DNA of 36,549 nt from Chiloscyllium plagiosum (taxonomy: Eukaryota): NCBI RefSeq assembly GCF_004010195.1, contig NC_057718.1, positions 9,248,209-9,284,757 of the forward strand. Direction: 5' to 3'. Both the position numbers and the translations under genes were made by a program. Below are positions 11,008-21,540 of the stretch, one piece after another. Under the pieces are notes generated by a model. The model did not search any database. It was not told the origin of the DNA and saw only the letters and a program-made list of their open reading frames with translations. Every line of letters begins with the position of its first letter. The stretch's first letter is position 1.

Positions 11008-12231
11008 TCTCCTGCTCCCTGGATGCTGCCTGACCTGCTGCGCTTTTCCAGCAACACATTTTCGGCCCACTCAGTAGTTGGGTTCCACTGAAGCCTCAGC
11101 TAAATACTAAGAGACTGGATGGTTAATAGACAGAACTGTAAATACGATAACTGTAAATTCGATTAACTCAATCTGTTCTCTGTAATGTTAAGACGTGCAA
11201 TGTATATATGAACAGCATGATCAATTGTACATAGATTTATTTCTATGAATAAAGTACATTTTGAAATTTTAAAAAAATTATATTTATATAGCACCTTTAC
11301 AGTAGAATAACATTTGAAGGTGGTCCACACAATGACATTCCTCCTGGGTGTTTTTGGCAGTGCACTCAATGGGCTAAAAGGTTATTTCTATACTATCTGA
11401 TTCTATGATTCTAAGACAGTTAGCTTTGTAAAAACATATCTCAACATAGAAGGGATTTGTGGCCTTTCACCAGAATGAGATTCCACAAATGACAATGGGA
11501 TTTTTATTTTATTTTCCCAATTGGGGGTGTCACTGGCCGGGCCAGGAATTCTTGCCCACCCCGAACTGCCCCTTGTCAAACTAATGGTGAACTCCTTTCA
11601 GGCTCTCCTTCAAACTAGTCTCTGACCAACTTTCAGCAATTATCCCGAGTATCCCTTTATGCGGCTCCTTGCCCAGTATCGTTATTAAGGTGCTTCTGTC
11701 AAATGACTTCCAACATTTTATGACTTACGCATTTATCCCGCTCTGCAGCCCTTCCCCCATCTTCTCCCCATAACCCTGCAATTTCTCCTTTTCAGATGAT
11801 AATGGAACGTCTTCTTGAAGGTCTCTTCTGAACCTGCCTACCACCCCCCGCCCCCCCCCCCCCCCCCCGCCCCCCATCCATTCTCAGGCAGTAGATTCCA
11901 GATCCTAGCCACTTGCTGGATGAAAACATTTCTCCTCATGTCTCCATCGCTTACTCTGCCAATCACCTTCAATCCACGTGCTGAGGTTCCCCTGGCCTCC
12001 TTTCCTCCTTGTGTTTATTGAGTTTCCCCTCAAATTCATCAACATCATTCACCATGACCCCCTCATGTGGTGGAGAGTCCAATATTCCTGCCTGTGCAAA
12101 GAATTTGTCACTGTTGAACTTATGAGGGGTTGCATTAGGTGTGTCCCATGTTTTGAACTCCTTCACAAGTGGGCACATTAGGGACAATGCAACTTCCCCC
12201 CCCCCCCCCCGCCCCTCCCGTGAATAGGCAG

Positions 12232-13595
12232 AACTTTCACTGTTTGTGGTAGGGTCCTGGGGAGTGTTGTCAAACAGACAGACTGATGGGTTCATGTACA
12301 GAGTTCTTTGAAGGTAGTGTCACAGATAGACAGAGTCATTAAGAAGGTGTTTAGTGCACTTGCTTTCATTATTCTGATCACTGGGTATAGGATTTTGGAG
12401 CATAAGACATAGGAGCAGAAATTAGGCCATTCAGCCCATCGAGTCAGCTCCACCATTCAATCATGGCTGATCCTTAGATGCTGCCTGAACTGCTGTGCTA
12501 TTCCAGCACCACTAATCCAAAATATGGTTTCCAGCATCTGCAGTCATTGTTTTTACCTACCTGATAAGTTTCTCAACCTAATTCTCCCTCTTTCTCCCCG
12601 TAACCCTTGATCCCCTTGCTACTCAAGAACCTATCTATCTCAGTCTTAAATATACCTGGCCTCCACAGCCTTATGTGGCAGTGAATTCCATAGATTCCCC
12701 GATCTCTGGCTGAAGATGTTTCTCCTTATCTCTGTAAAAGGTCTTTCCTTTACTCTCAGGCTGTGCTCTCGGGTCCTAGTCTCTCCTACCAATGGAAACA
12801 TCTGCCTAACATCTACTCTGTCCAGGCCATTCATTATTCTGTAAGTTTCAATTAGATCCCCCCTCATCGTTCTAAACTCTGTTTATTATAGACTCAGAGT
12901 CCTCAAATGTTCCTCATATGTTAGGCTTTTCATTCCTGGGACCATTCTCGTGAACCTCGTCTGAACACGCTCCAGGGCCAATCCATCCTTCCTGAGATAT
13001 GAGGCCCTAAACTGTGCACAATACTCCAGTTGTCATGTTGTGATTGTACAGGACATTGGTGGGGCCACATTTGGAGTACTGTGTGCAGTCCTGGTAGGAA
13101 GGAAGGATATTAAAGTAATTGGAAAGGATTCAGAAAAGATTGACCGGGATGTTGCCAGGACAGGAGGGTTTCAGCTATAGAGAAAGGTCAGATAATCTGG
13201 GACTTTTTTCACTGGAGAATAGGAACCTTATAGAGGTTTAGAAAATCATAAGGGACACACATTAGGCGAACAGCAAAGGTCTTTTCCCTAGGGAGGGGGA
13301 GTTCAAAACAACAGGGCATGTTTTTAAGGTGAGAGGCGAAAGATTTAAGAGAGACCTTAGGGGCAACTTTTTCACACAGAGGGTGGTTCGGTGTGTGGAA
13401 TTAGCTGCCAGAGGAAGTGGTAGAGGCAGGTATAGTTACAACATTTAAAAGGCAATTGAATAGGTACATGGTTAGGAAAAGTTCGGAAGGAGATGTGCCA
13501 ATGGCAGGCAAATGGGACCAGTTTAGTTTGTGAACATGACGGCATGGACGAGTTGGACCAAAGGACCTGTTTCTGTGTTGTATGCCTCTACGACT
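12232..13595 (+). mobile_element. CR1 LINE 3' portion split by a nested antisense CR1
   Basis: gggtataggattttggag (to 12400) rejoins gtcatgttgtgattgtacaggacattgg (from 13032); ends in the CR1 tail ctctacgactctatg. Confidence 0.8.
12401..13031 (-). mobile_element. Nested CR1 LINE 3' end, itself carrying a PLE fragment at about 12472-12560
   Basis: ORF 12646..12867 reads MRGDLIETYRIMNGLDRVD...RRNIFSQR...WNSLP. Confidence 0.85.
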
Positions 13596-14475
13596 CTATG
13601 TCTTAGGGACTATCAAAATGCCCAAAAACAGATGCCAGATCAACATGTCCAATTTTATCAAATTAGGGAGGGGTGGGGGGGGGTCAGATTGTGGGGGTAG
13701 TTTCCTCATCTGTCCTCCAGAGGCAAGTGTGACATTGAGACGTGAGGACAAACAGGAGGGCTCCCGCAGACACACCGAAATCGCCCAGCTCCAGGGCAGT
13801 TGGCGATGGGTAACACCCACACGCCATGAAAGAAAACCATCTCCAAAGAGGAGATTCACCCCCACTCTCCCTCCCAACCGGATCACCCTTTCACAGTCGC
13901 CTAAAACCTCACTACTCTCACCTCTTCTTTGTGAAATTATTTGCACCTTCTCAAATGCCTCCTTTTGATAACATGGAGAGTGCGCAGTACATTCATGTGG
14001 ACTGGTTTATGTCAGGATCCCAGTTGGTTTAATAGGGACAGAACAACAAGACAACTGACTGGAAAGCACCCCCCTCTCTCCCCAGGGTGGCTCTCTCCTG
14101 TATTTTTCAACTCACTATATATAGCCAAAGGATTGAATTATTGTGCAGCTAACAACAGGGCGTAGGTGACTGATGCCATCAATAGAGATTATGTACTTCT
14201 TTTGTTCAATGATTGTTCCTGGCTCTGTGGAACCAATTGTTCAGTGAATGTGTGGCTAAGGCTGCAGGCAGAGAATTGTGAGCGTGCTGTTTTTATCCTG
14301 TTCGTAGCAAGCCGGATACAAAAGAGAAACATTCTGTGCCAAATACTTGTACACAAGTTCCTATCACATGGAACAAATGATAGAGAATGGAGGCTCAATG
14401 CAGTACAGTGCCCTAGGGCAGGGTACAAGGATACAGTGCAAATTGGGTGGGTCAATCAATACGGCAAAGCAGCAA

Positions 14476-14803
14476 AGGGGAGGCAATGGCCAAGTGGTAT
14501 CATCGCTGGATTATTAATCTAGAGATCCAGGTGATGTTCTTGGGGCCTGGGCTTTCAATCCCACCATGCCAGATGGAGGAATTTAAATTCAATAATAATC
14601 TCAAAACAAGAGATTGATGATGACCATGAAACCATTGCAAATGTCAGGGGGAAACCTCTCTGGTCCACTCTCCTTACCTGGTCTGGCATACATGTGACTC
14701 CAGACCCACAGCAAAGTGGTTGACTCTTAACTGCCCTCTGGGCAATTAGGGATGGGTAATAAATGCCAGCGATGTTCGCGTCCTATGTATGATTTTTTAA
14801 AAA
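14476..14803 (+). mobile_element. tRNA-derived SINE (SacSINE1/Deu-like), near full length
   Basis: A-box-like tggccaagtgg, B-box-like ttcaatccc, and a body shared with 6400-6680 and 29745-30090. Confidence 0.7.
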
Positions 14804-14804
14804 G

Positions 14805-15007
14805 CCACAGTCCCACTCTCCCATTGGAGTGAAAGAGTGTCTGGTGCTGGTTTAACTGGGGGAGGACAGTGTCACTGTACCTCAAGTGAGATTGAGGAGA
14901 GTCCTTCGTGATTGACTCGAGAGTCCTAGTGCAGATGTTGAATGTACGTGGTTGATCACATCTGCGTCATAAAGCAGCTATCCAGCCAATTAAGCTAATG
15001 GAGCCCA
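14805..15007 (-). mobile_element. Degenerate tRNA-derived SINE (same family as 21360-21540)
   Basis: Minus-strand head ttagcttaattggctgg and a body similar to 21360-21540. Confidence 0.5.
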
Positions 15008-15592
15008 GTACTGTGTAAGTAGATGTGAGGGTGAGGGTGGGGGTGAGAGTGGTGATGTTGCCGAGGGGGTTAGGTTGGTGGAGGTTGTTGTGGTGGGGGG
15101 TGAGATCACCTGAGTGATTCGACATGTGGTATCTCACATTTAACATCCCTGAGACAGGAGAGAGGAAAGCAATGGGAACGCTGCTCTTTGCTCAGGCTGA
15201 TACATCTAACCTATTACCCTTGAACTGCCCAGCTTGCGGAGGGCTGTTGGTCTGCAAGGGGGTGTAGGCAGAGAAAGCACAAATTCAAACTGAGCAAGGA
15301 GAGAAAAACCATGGGCAGGGAATGTTTCACTAAAATGGAAAGATGGAAGAGAAATGATTGGAATAGAAGAGTTTAAATCTCTCCACAACCAAGTCCCCAC
15401 CTGCCCAGCTCTGTTTTAAATCTTTCCCTGGTAAAATTCTTGGGTTTTTTTTCAAATCCAGCTGTGGAGTCACCCTTTCTTCTCTCAGTATATCCCCTCC
15501 AGACCTCCAACTTTCCAAAATCTCTGTGTTCCTCTACTTTTGACATCATTTATATTGAGATTTCCTTGGTTGTGTTCCTTTGGGGTCCTGAG

Positions 15593-15624
<32 letters not shown>

Positions 15625-15625
15625 T
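15593..15625 (+). repeat. (CT)n microsatellite
   Basis: Directly visible. Confidence 0.9.
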
Positions 15626-15814
15626 CCTTTCAGATGACCCTTAAAACTAACCTTGAATTTAAATTTGATTTATAATAAATCAGGAACTTAATAAAGTTCA
15701 TCGCAGGTTAATGGTGACAACGAAACCACCACAATATGCTATAAAAATGCAGATTGCTCATTGTAGAGCAATTAGGGATGAGCAGCAAGTGATATCTGAA
15801 CTCAGGGATTAAGT

Positions 15815-16240
15815 ATTGAAGAGATGCAACAACTTAGGCCTGTTTTCTATAAAATTTAGAAGGTTAAGGGGTGATTTGATCAAAGTCTCCAACATATTAA
15901 CAGAAAAACAACAGGGTAGGTAAACTATTTCCATTTGTCCGTGATTCTAGAACTTGGGCCATTGTCTGAGAATTGGGGTCATAGCGTTCAGGAGAGATGG
16001 TAGGAAGCACCTCTACACACAAAGGGTGGGAGAGGTTTGGAACTCTCTTAAACCAGTGGTAGTGAATGCTGGATAAATTATTAACTTTAAATCTGAGATA
16101 GATACATTTTTGCTAAACAAAGTTTTTAAGGGATATGAGTGGAAGGCAGATATATGGAGTTAGTCCACCGATCAGCTATAATCCCATTGAATGGCAGAAC
16201 AGGCTCGAGGGGCCGAATGGCCTCCTCCTGTTCCTATGTT
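15815..16240 (+). mobile_element. CR1 LINE 3' end
   Basis: agaaggttaaggggtgatttgat...acacaaagggtgg...gggccgaatggcctcctcctgttcctatgtt. Confidence 0.8.
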
Positions 16241-16593
16241 CATCATTTATTCCCTTCCCTTGTTTCACCTCACATATATCTGGATTGAATTCTATTTGCC
16301 ACTGACCAGCCCAACTCTCTTTGCTTTTCTCTCTCTTAAGCCCCAGTGGATATTAACCTGCTTCACTTTCCTCAAAGAAACAATCTCCCATTCTAAGCAT
16401 TAGTGAGTTAATGCATTTATCGTATTAAGGGTGTGTGAATGAAATGCAAGTTATTATGTTGTTGTTGGTAGTGCCCTCCCTGTCTTTGTTTAAAAACTGC
16501 ATGGCCTCATTCCTCCAGCCACACTAACAATTTTCTCTATGCCTCTCCTTCAGCACTTTCAGTTGGTCTATCTCTGGCCTCTCCCCATCCTAG

Positions 16594-16808
16594 TAGAAAG
16601 TGAGGACTGCAGATGAGGGAGATCAGAGTCGAGACTGTAGTGCTGGAAAAGCACAGCAGGTCAGGCAGCATCCGAGAAGCAGGGGAATTGGCATTTCGGG
16701 CATAAGCACTTCATCAAGAACGAGAAGATGACGAAGGGTTTATACCCGAACATCAATTCTCCTGCTCCTCGGTTGCTGCCTGACCTGCTGTGCTTTTCCA
16801 TCACCACA
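16594..16808. mobile_element. Fold-back PLE family A mini-element with two divergent degenerate hammerheads
   Basis: Inverted arms at about 16640-16716 and 16729-16806; flanks ctctccccatcct / ctctgcccatcct resemble a TSD. Confidence 0.8.
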
Positions 16809-17012
16809 CCCTCTGCCCATCCTTCCTGGTGACTACTGTTCAGCATCTAAACAGGGCGATTGGCATTGAGGAGAACAGAAATGTTTTCACACAGAATTGG
16901 CCACTGTTTCCTGCACCCAACCAGGAGACCACTGATTCTCAGGCTCCGTGTAACCAGAAACCAAACAGTAAATTCCAGAGAACAACAAATGAAGATACTC
17001 AAGGTGCAAACT

Positions 17013-17575
17013 TAAGCTAAAAATCACACAACACCAGGTTATAGTCCAACAGGTTTATTTGGAAGCACTAGCTTTCCGAGCGCTGCTCCTTCATCAGGTG
17101 GTTGAGGAGCAGGAAGATATGACACAGAATTTATCGCAAAAGGTTACAGTATCCTGCGGCTGAAATATATTAAACAAACTTAGATTAAGTCTTGCATCGT
17201 TTAGAATGGTTTTGCTAGTTTCGGTTCATTAATATGCAAATCCCAGAACTCCTTTTAAGTCATAGTCTCAAGGTAACTTCAGGTTTCCTAACAAAGTGTG
17301 TCATCTCAGCTCACACCATGCATTAAAGGTGTGAGGTGAAAGTCTGTCTGTGTCCCCACCTTGAGTCAGACTGGTTCTATTTCTGAAGTGGGATTTATCT
17401 AAAGTGACACATTTTTTTAGAAAACCTGAAGTTACCTTGAGAATGTGACTTAAAAGGAATTCTGGGATTTACACATTAACGAACCGAAACTAGCAAAACC
17501 ATTCTAAAAGATGAAAGACTTCATCCAATTGTGTTTAATACATTTCAGCTGCATGACACTATAACCTTTTGCGAT
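17013..17575 (-). mobile_element. PLE family B 3' end with a ~170-bp inverted arm
   Basis: 17133-17303 and 17404-17575 are reverse complements; the left end matches 244-380 and 25362-25565. Confidence 0.8.
17066..17100 (-). ncRNA. Hammerhead ribozyme motif (family B)
   Basis: Minus strand reads cac-CTGATGA-a-gGAGC agc GCTCg-GAA AGCT A-gtg, with stem I cac/gtg and a palindromic AGCT. Confidence 0.7.
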
Positions 17576-18151
17576 CTTGGTGCCAACTGACAGTCTAAAA
17601 TCTAGTCCATGGTCAGGAACATGGCAAGCCTGCCTCATAATATCAAACAGACAGCTTTAAGAAACAAGCATCGGATTTACATTCACAACTTGGAATAAAC
17701 AGTAAGAGTGGAAGAATCATAACAGACTCAAAGCGTTCACCCTGTTTCTCTCTCCACAGATGCTGCCAGACCTGCTGGGTTTCTCCAGCAATTTCTGTTT
17801 CGATTTAGTCTGTCTGTGTGGAGTGTGACTTCTTGTTGATATCTTGGATTTTGTCGGAGTGATTATTGTTCTTTGCTGTATCATTCCCTCCTGGTCTCCT
17901 CTTCACTGAGCCATTGGGTCTGGCGATGGGGCATTATGCTGAGTTTACTGAACAATGGAGGTAGTCACAATGCGAAACCTAGAGAAGGGGCAGCTACAGG
18001 GAAGCAAGCATCAGTCAGAAAATACATCATTTTCAAAGCACTGTGCTGACCTGGTGGAAGTGCCAGCTGTGCAGTGCCCCCCCCCCCGTGCAGTGCCCCC
18101 CCCCCCCCTCCACCTCTTATTCAATGGCAGGACATGCTCAAATTGAATGCA

Positions 18152-18211
18152 GCCCCAGTGGCCTAATGGATAAGGAGCTGCTCTCTGTGGGTTCAAGTCC
18201 CACCTGGGGCT
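18152..18211 (+). pseudogene. tRNA-Arg(CCT)-derived gene lacking the anticodon arm
   Basis: GCCCCAGTGGCCTAATGGATAAGG...TGTGGGTTCAAGTCCCACCTGGGG matches both halves of vertebrate tRNA-Arg-CCT as recalled. Acceptor stem GCCCCAG/CTGGGGC and T-arm GTGGG/CCCAC pair perfectly; the anticodon/variable region is replaced by agctgctctc. Confidence 0.85.
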
Positions 18212-18240
18212 TGAGTTTGGCTGGCAGTGAGGTGAATGCT

Positions 18241-18500
18241 GGGGTGGCTCAGTGGTGAGTGCTGCTGCATCACAGCACCAGTGACTTGGGTTTGATTCCG
18301 CCCTCAGGTGACTGTCTGTGCAGAGTTTGCACATTCTCTCTGTGTGGGTGTGCTCCAGTTTCCTTCCATAGTCTAAAGATGTGCAGGTAAGGTAGATTTG
18401 GAAATATGGGTTACAAGGATAGTGGCTTTGGGTCAGCAGTTCTTCAGAGGGTCAGTGTGGACATGATGGGCTAAATGGTCTGCTTCCACGTTATATGATT
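18241..18500 (+). mobile_element. HE1/V-SINE-like SINE
   Basis: gtggctcagtggtgagtgctgctgcatcacagcacca...gtttgcacattctc...aaagatgtgcagg. Confidence 0.8.
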
Positions 18501-18914
18501 ATCTCAAAGGGTCAAGTTACCTGCCTTTTCATTCACAAAGCCCAGGCTAGGACCAACGTCTCCCACAGGATCCCAGCCCTTAACAGGAAAAGTATCTGTC
18601 CTCTGGTTTTTGGCTGGACTTGTGGAATGAATTAGGCAAGAATCTGTGGAAAAGATGTTCCGATGAAGTTGCAGAGCCTCACTTGAGCACAGGCAACCTA
18701 TCTTCTAAAAGCTAACACCAGCTGGAGAATTTCAATTCAGCTTAAAAAAGCTTCTGGAAGAGTATGAATGCTGGCTTCTCCTACCCAACTGACCCTTAAT
18801 GTGCACGTCAATGCTGCAGATGACCAGGAGTGTGATAGCTGAGGCAGGTGATGCTGGAGAGAGGGAGACAGAACTCCAGGCCTCTGTGACCCCGGGGCTG
18901 GAAGCAAGAGTTAC

Positions 18915-19107
18915 TGCCAGATATCAGGGAATAGAAAAGAAAGCGAATATTCCTGATCAGTTAATTGGAATAAAAAAGAGGTGAGGCATCCAATAATCTT
19001 TCTGTTGCCTGGGCTACAGTACAAGATGCCAACAGATATTCCATACTGTAGCTATTACATCTCGTCTCTTCAGAAGCCTCCAAGAATATTCCCTGGAACT
19101 GGCGGTC
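18915..19107 (+). repeat. Local duplicated segment, copy 1 (copy 2 at 20632-20833)
   Basis: Shared near-identical core ttaattggaataaaaaagaggtgaggcatccaataatctttctgttgcctgg and colinear flanks. Confidence 0.9.
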
Positions 19108-19456
19108 GTTCATCATGGACTCAGTTTCCCTGAATGTAAAACATTAAAACTTTGAAGGAATGTGACAATCTGGACCCCTTGCCTTTGTTAAGCGTTGTAA
19201 TTAATTCAGAGACCATAGCTCGGACTCAGGTTCAGATTCTTGCTGTGATGCTTTGCTGGCTTCGATCTGCGTCAGGACATTTTCTGTCCAAGCAATTTGC
19301 GAGGGTCATGAATCTACCAGACTGCACTGTTAGTCAGCTAGTGCTCCATCCAATGGCACCTGAGGACCATCGGGCTTGGGCCCAGGACCACGTAGGAATG
19401 TTGTATTAACATAAGGCTATAAGATATAGAAGCAGAATTTGGCCATTCAGCCCAAG

Positions 19457-19768
19457 GGCAGCATGGTAGCTCAGTGGTTAGCACCGCTGCCTCACAGTAC
19501 CAGGGAGCTGGGTTTAATTCCAGCCTCAGGAAACTGTCTGTGTGGAGTTTGCACATTCTCCCTGTGCCTGCGTGGGTTTCCTCTGGGATCTCCAGCTTCC
19601 TCCCACAAGCCAAAGACGTGCAGGTTAGGTGAATTGACCATGCTAAATTTCCCATAGTGTGATGTGCATTAGTTATGGGGAATAGGTCTGGGTGGGTTAC
19701 TCTTCAGAGTGTTGGTGTTGACTTGTTAGGTCCAAAGGCCTGTTTCCATATTGTAAGGAATCTAATCA
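19457..19768 (+). mobile_element. HE1/V-SINE-like SINE, full length, inserted into a CR1 3' end
   Basis: tRNA head ggtagctcagtggttagc...ggtttaattcc, central tgtgtggagtttgcacattctcc, tail ggaatctaatc. Confidence 0.88.
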
Positions 19769-19952
19769 ACAAGTCTGATCTGTCATTCAATCAAGGCTGG
19801 TGTGTTTTTCAACCCCATTCTCTGGGCTTGAACCTCTTATCAATCATCAATCTAGACCACGGTCTCCATCGGGATTAAGAGCAGGAGAGGAATCACAGAG
19901 TGCGAATAAAATGTCATTGGGAACATTGTGTGATCCAGGAAGAGGCCATTCA

Positions 19953-20470
19953 GTCATAGAGTTATAGAGATGTACAGCAAGGAAACAGACCCTTCAGTCC
20001 AACTCATCCATGCTGACCAGATATCCTAACCTAATCCAGTCCCATTGGCCAGCACTTGGCTCATATCCCTCTAAACCCTTCCTATTCATATACCCATCCA
20101 GATGCCTTTTAAATGTTGTAATTGTACCAATGTCCACCTCAAGCCTGTTCCACAGTTCGATTGGACCATGGATGATCTCAGAGTAGGGAGTCGCTCATTT
20201 CAGATGGAGATGAGGAGGAATTCCTTCTCTCAGACCGTAGTGAATCTGTGGAATTCTTTCCCACAGAAAACTGTTGATGCTGGGTCACTAAGCATATATT
20301 GCAGGCTGGGTTAGACAGACTTTTGATCAGGAAAGAAATCGAAGATTATGGGAAAAAGGCAGGAAAGAGGATTTGAGGATGATCAGATTGGCCAAGATCT
20401 TATTAAATCACAGAGTAGACTCAGTGAGCAATTGGCCTAGTCCTTCTCCTACATGCTACGGTCTTCTGGT
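19953..20470. mobile_element. Two CR1 3' fragments (minus 19953-20128; plus about 20177-20470)
   Basis: Similarity to 3940-4110 and to CR1 ...gagatgaggaggaattccttctctcag... Confidence 0.75.
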
Positions 20471-20631
20471 CACAGACACTCAGCCTTTTCTTGAATGACT
20501 TGTTCATGATGATGATCCGAGTCAGTAAGTTATCATTTGTTAACCATCGCTGGTTTCCTTCACTGTCACTGAAAATCATCCAGTGTAGGACTGGAGTCAC
20601 GTGTAGTCAAGGTGGGAGTGTTGACATCATT

Positions 20632-20833
20632 TGCCAGATATGAAGAAGGGAAAAGAAGGAGAATGTTCCTGATCTGTTAATTGGAATAAAAAAAGAGGTG
20701 AGGCATCCAATAATCTTTCTGTTGCCTGGACTACAGGGTGTGGGACACAATGTGCCAACAGATGTTCCATTCTGTACTCATTATAGCTCATCTCTCTCGA
20801 AGCCTCCAACAATATTCCCTGGAACTGGCAGTC
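20632..20833 (+). repeat. Local duplicated segment, copy 2
   Basis: Aligns to 18915-19107 with small indels. Confidence 0.9.
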
Positions 20834-21359
20834 CCGTTTCTCTCTCCACAAGGGGCTGCCAGACCTGCTGAGCATTTGTAGCTCAGGGCCAGGGTAGCTA
20901 TTGATGGTGCCAAAGAAGTCTGAGAATGGTCAAGCGATCAACATATCGGCAACCCCTAATTACTCACAGGAAGGCGTTGGCGAACTGCCTTCTTGAAAAG
21001 CTACAGTCCATTTGGGGGCTGAAATACCTACAGTGCTGCTGCCAGTCCATCCCTAAAACCTTCTGTTTTTTAAGGGTGTTCGGCCTCTGGAACAATCTTG
21101 TGATGAGATCACAGAACTGCACATCATTGAGCATAAACAGACCAGTGTGGGCACTGTTTGGAGTCACTGTGCACTCTGGTAGGGCATCAGCAGACTGTAA
21201 CCATCTAGGCTGGACCCACACGAGCATACGGACACAAACACACACAAGGAAGGCGCACAATGTACGATTATCCCTCACCTAACATAATTCTGATTCAGAC
21301 CCTTGTCTAGCTATGATGACCATGTGTAGTGGGATTTAGTATTCATGTGCAGAAAATAG

Positions 21360-21540
21360 TGGGGATCAGTTAGCTCAGATGGTGAGTGATGCCAACAGAG
21401 TGGGTTCAATTCCCAGACTGGCTGAGGTTGCCACAAAGGTCCCACCTTCCCAACTGTCCCCTCAGCTGAGGTGGAGTGACCTTCAGGTTAGACTCACCAC
21501 CACTTGACTCTCTCTCTCTAATGAGAGAGCAAGGCTACAG
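21360..21540 (+). mobile_element. tRNA-derived SINE
   Basis: A box ttagctcagatgg, B box ggttcaattccc and a 3' hairpin ctctctc-taat-gagagag. Confidence 0.65.

Larger units (their letters stand above)
8913..11063 (-). mobile_element. Penelope-like retroelement with inverted pseudo-LTR and 14-bp TSD
   Basis: TSD ggcccattcagtag (8899-8912) / ggcccactcagtag (11064-11077); 10891-11062 is the reverse complement of about 8951-9102; GIY-YIG coding remnant on the minus strand. Confidence 0.9.
7645..11278 (+). mobile_element. 5'-truncated Tx1-like non-LTR element lacking ORF2, interrupted by a Penelope element
   Basis: ORF1, about 60 bp, the Penelope insertion with TSD, then about 200 bp of AT-rich 3' UTR ending gaataaagtacattttgaaattttaaaaaaa. 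Confidence 0.7.

Noticed and set aside
8942..11033. Long ORFs of 286-660 aa
   Set aside because: They are artefacts of translating through the 775-N gap; only the Penelope-derived part is meaningful.
11843..11878. Poly-C/G tracts (also 5214, 12195, 18077) as G-quadruplex elements
   Set aside because: They are simple homopolymer runs, prone to sequencing error, with no supporting context.
15109..15148. 39-nt minus-strand exon candidate after a strong polypyrimidine acceptor
   Set aside because: The donor (GTGATC) is weak and the peptide is unrecognised, so it is insufficient without transcript data.
18960..19129. DRQFQG...RCNS resembling gamma-crystallin DRNFQG...RCNS
   Set aside because: Motif spacing is wrong (9 versus about 17 residues), other Greek-key residues are absent, and differences between the two copies are mostly non-synonymous in that frame.
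19457..19530. tRNA genes at SINE heads (also 18241, 21360, 31478, 35076)
   Set aside because: They are followed by SINE bodies and lack a complete cloverleaf.
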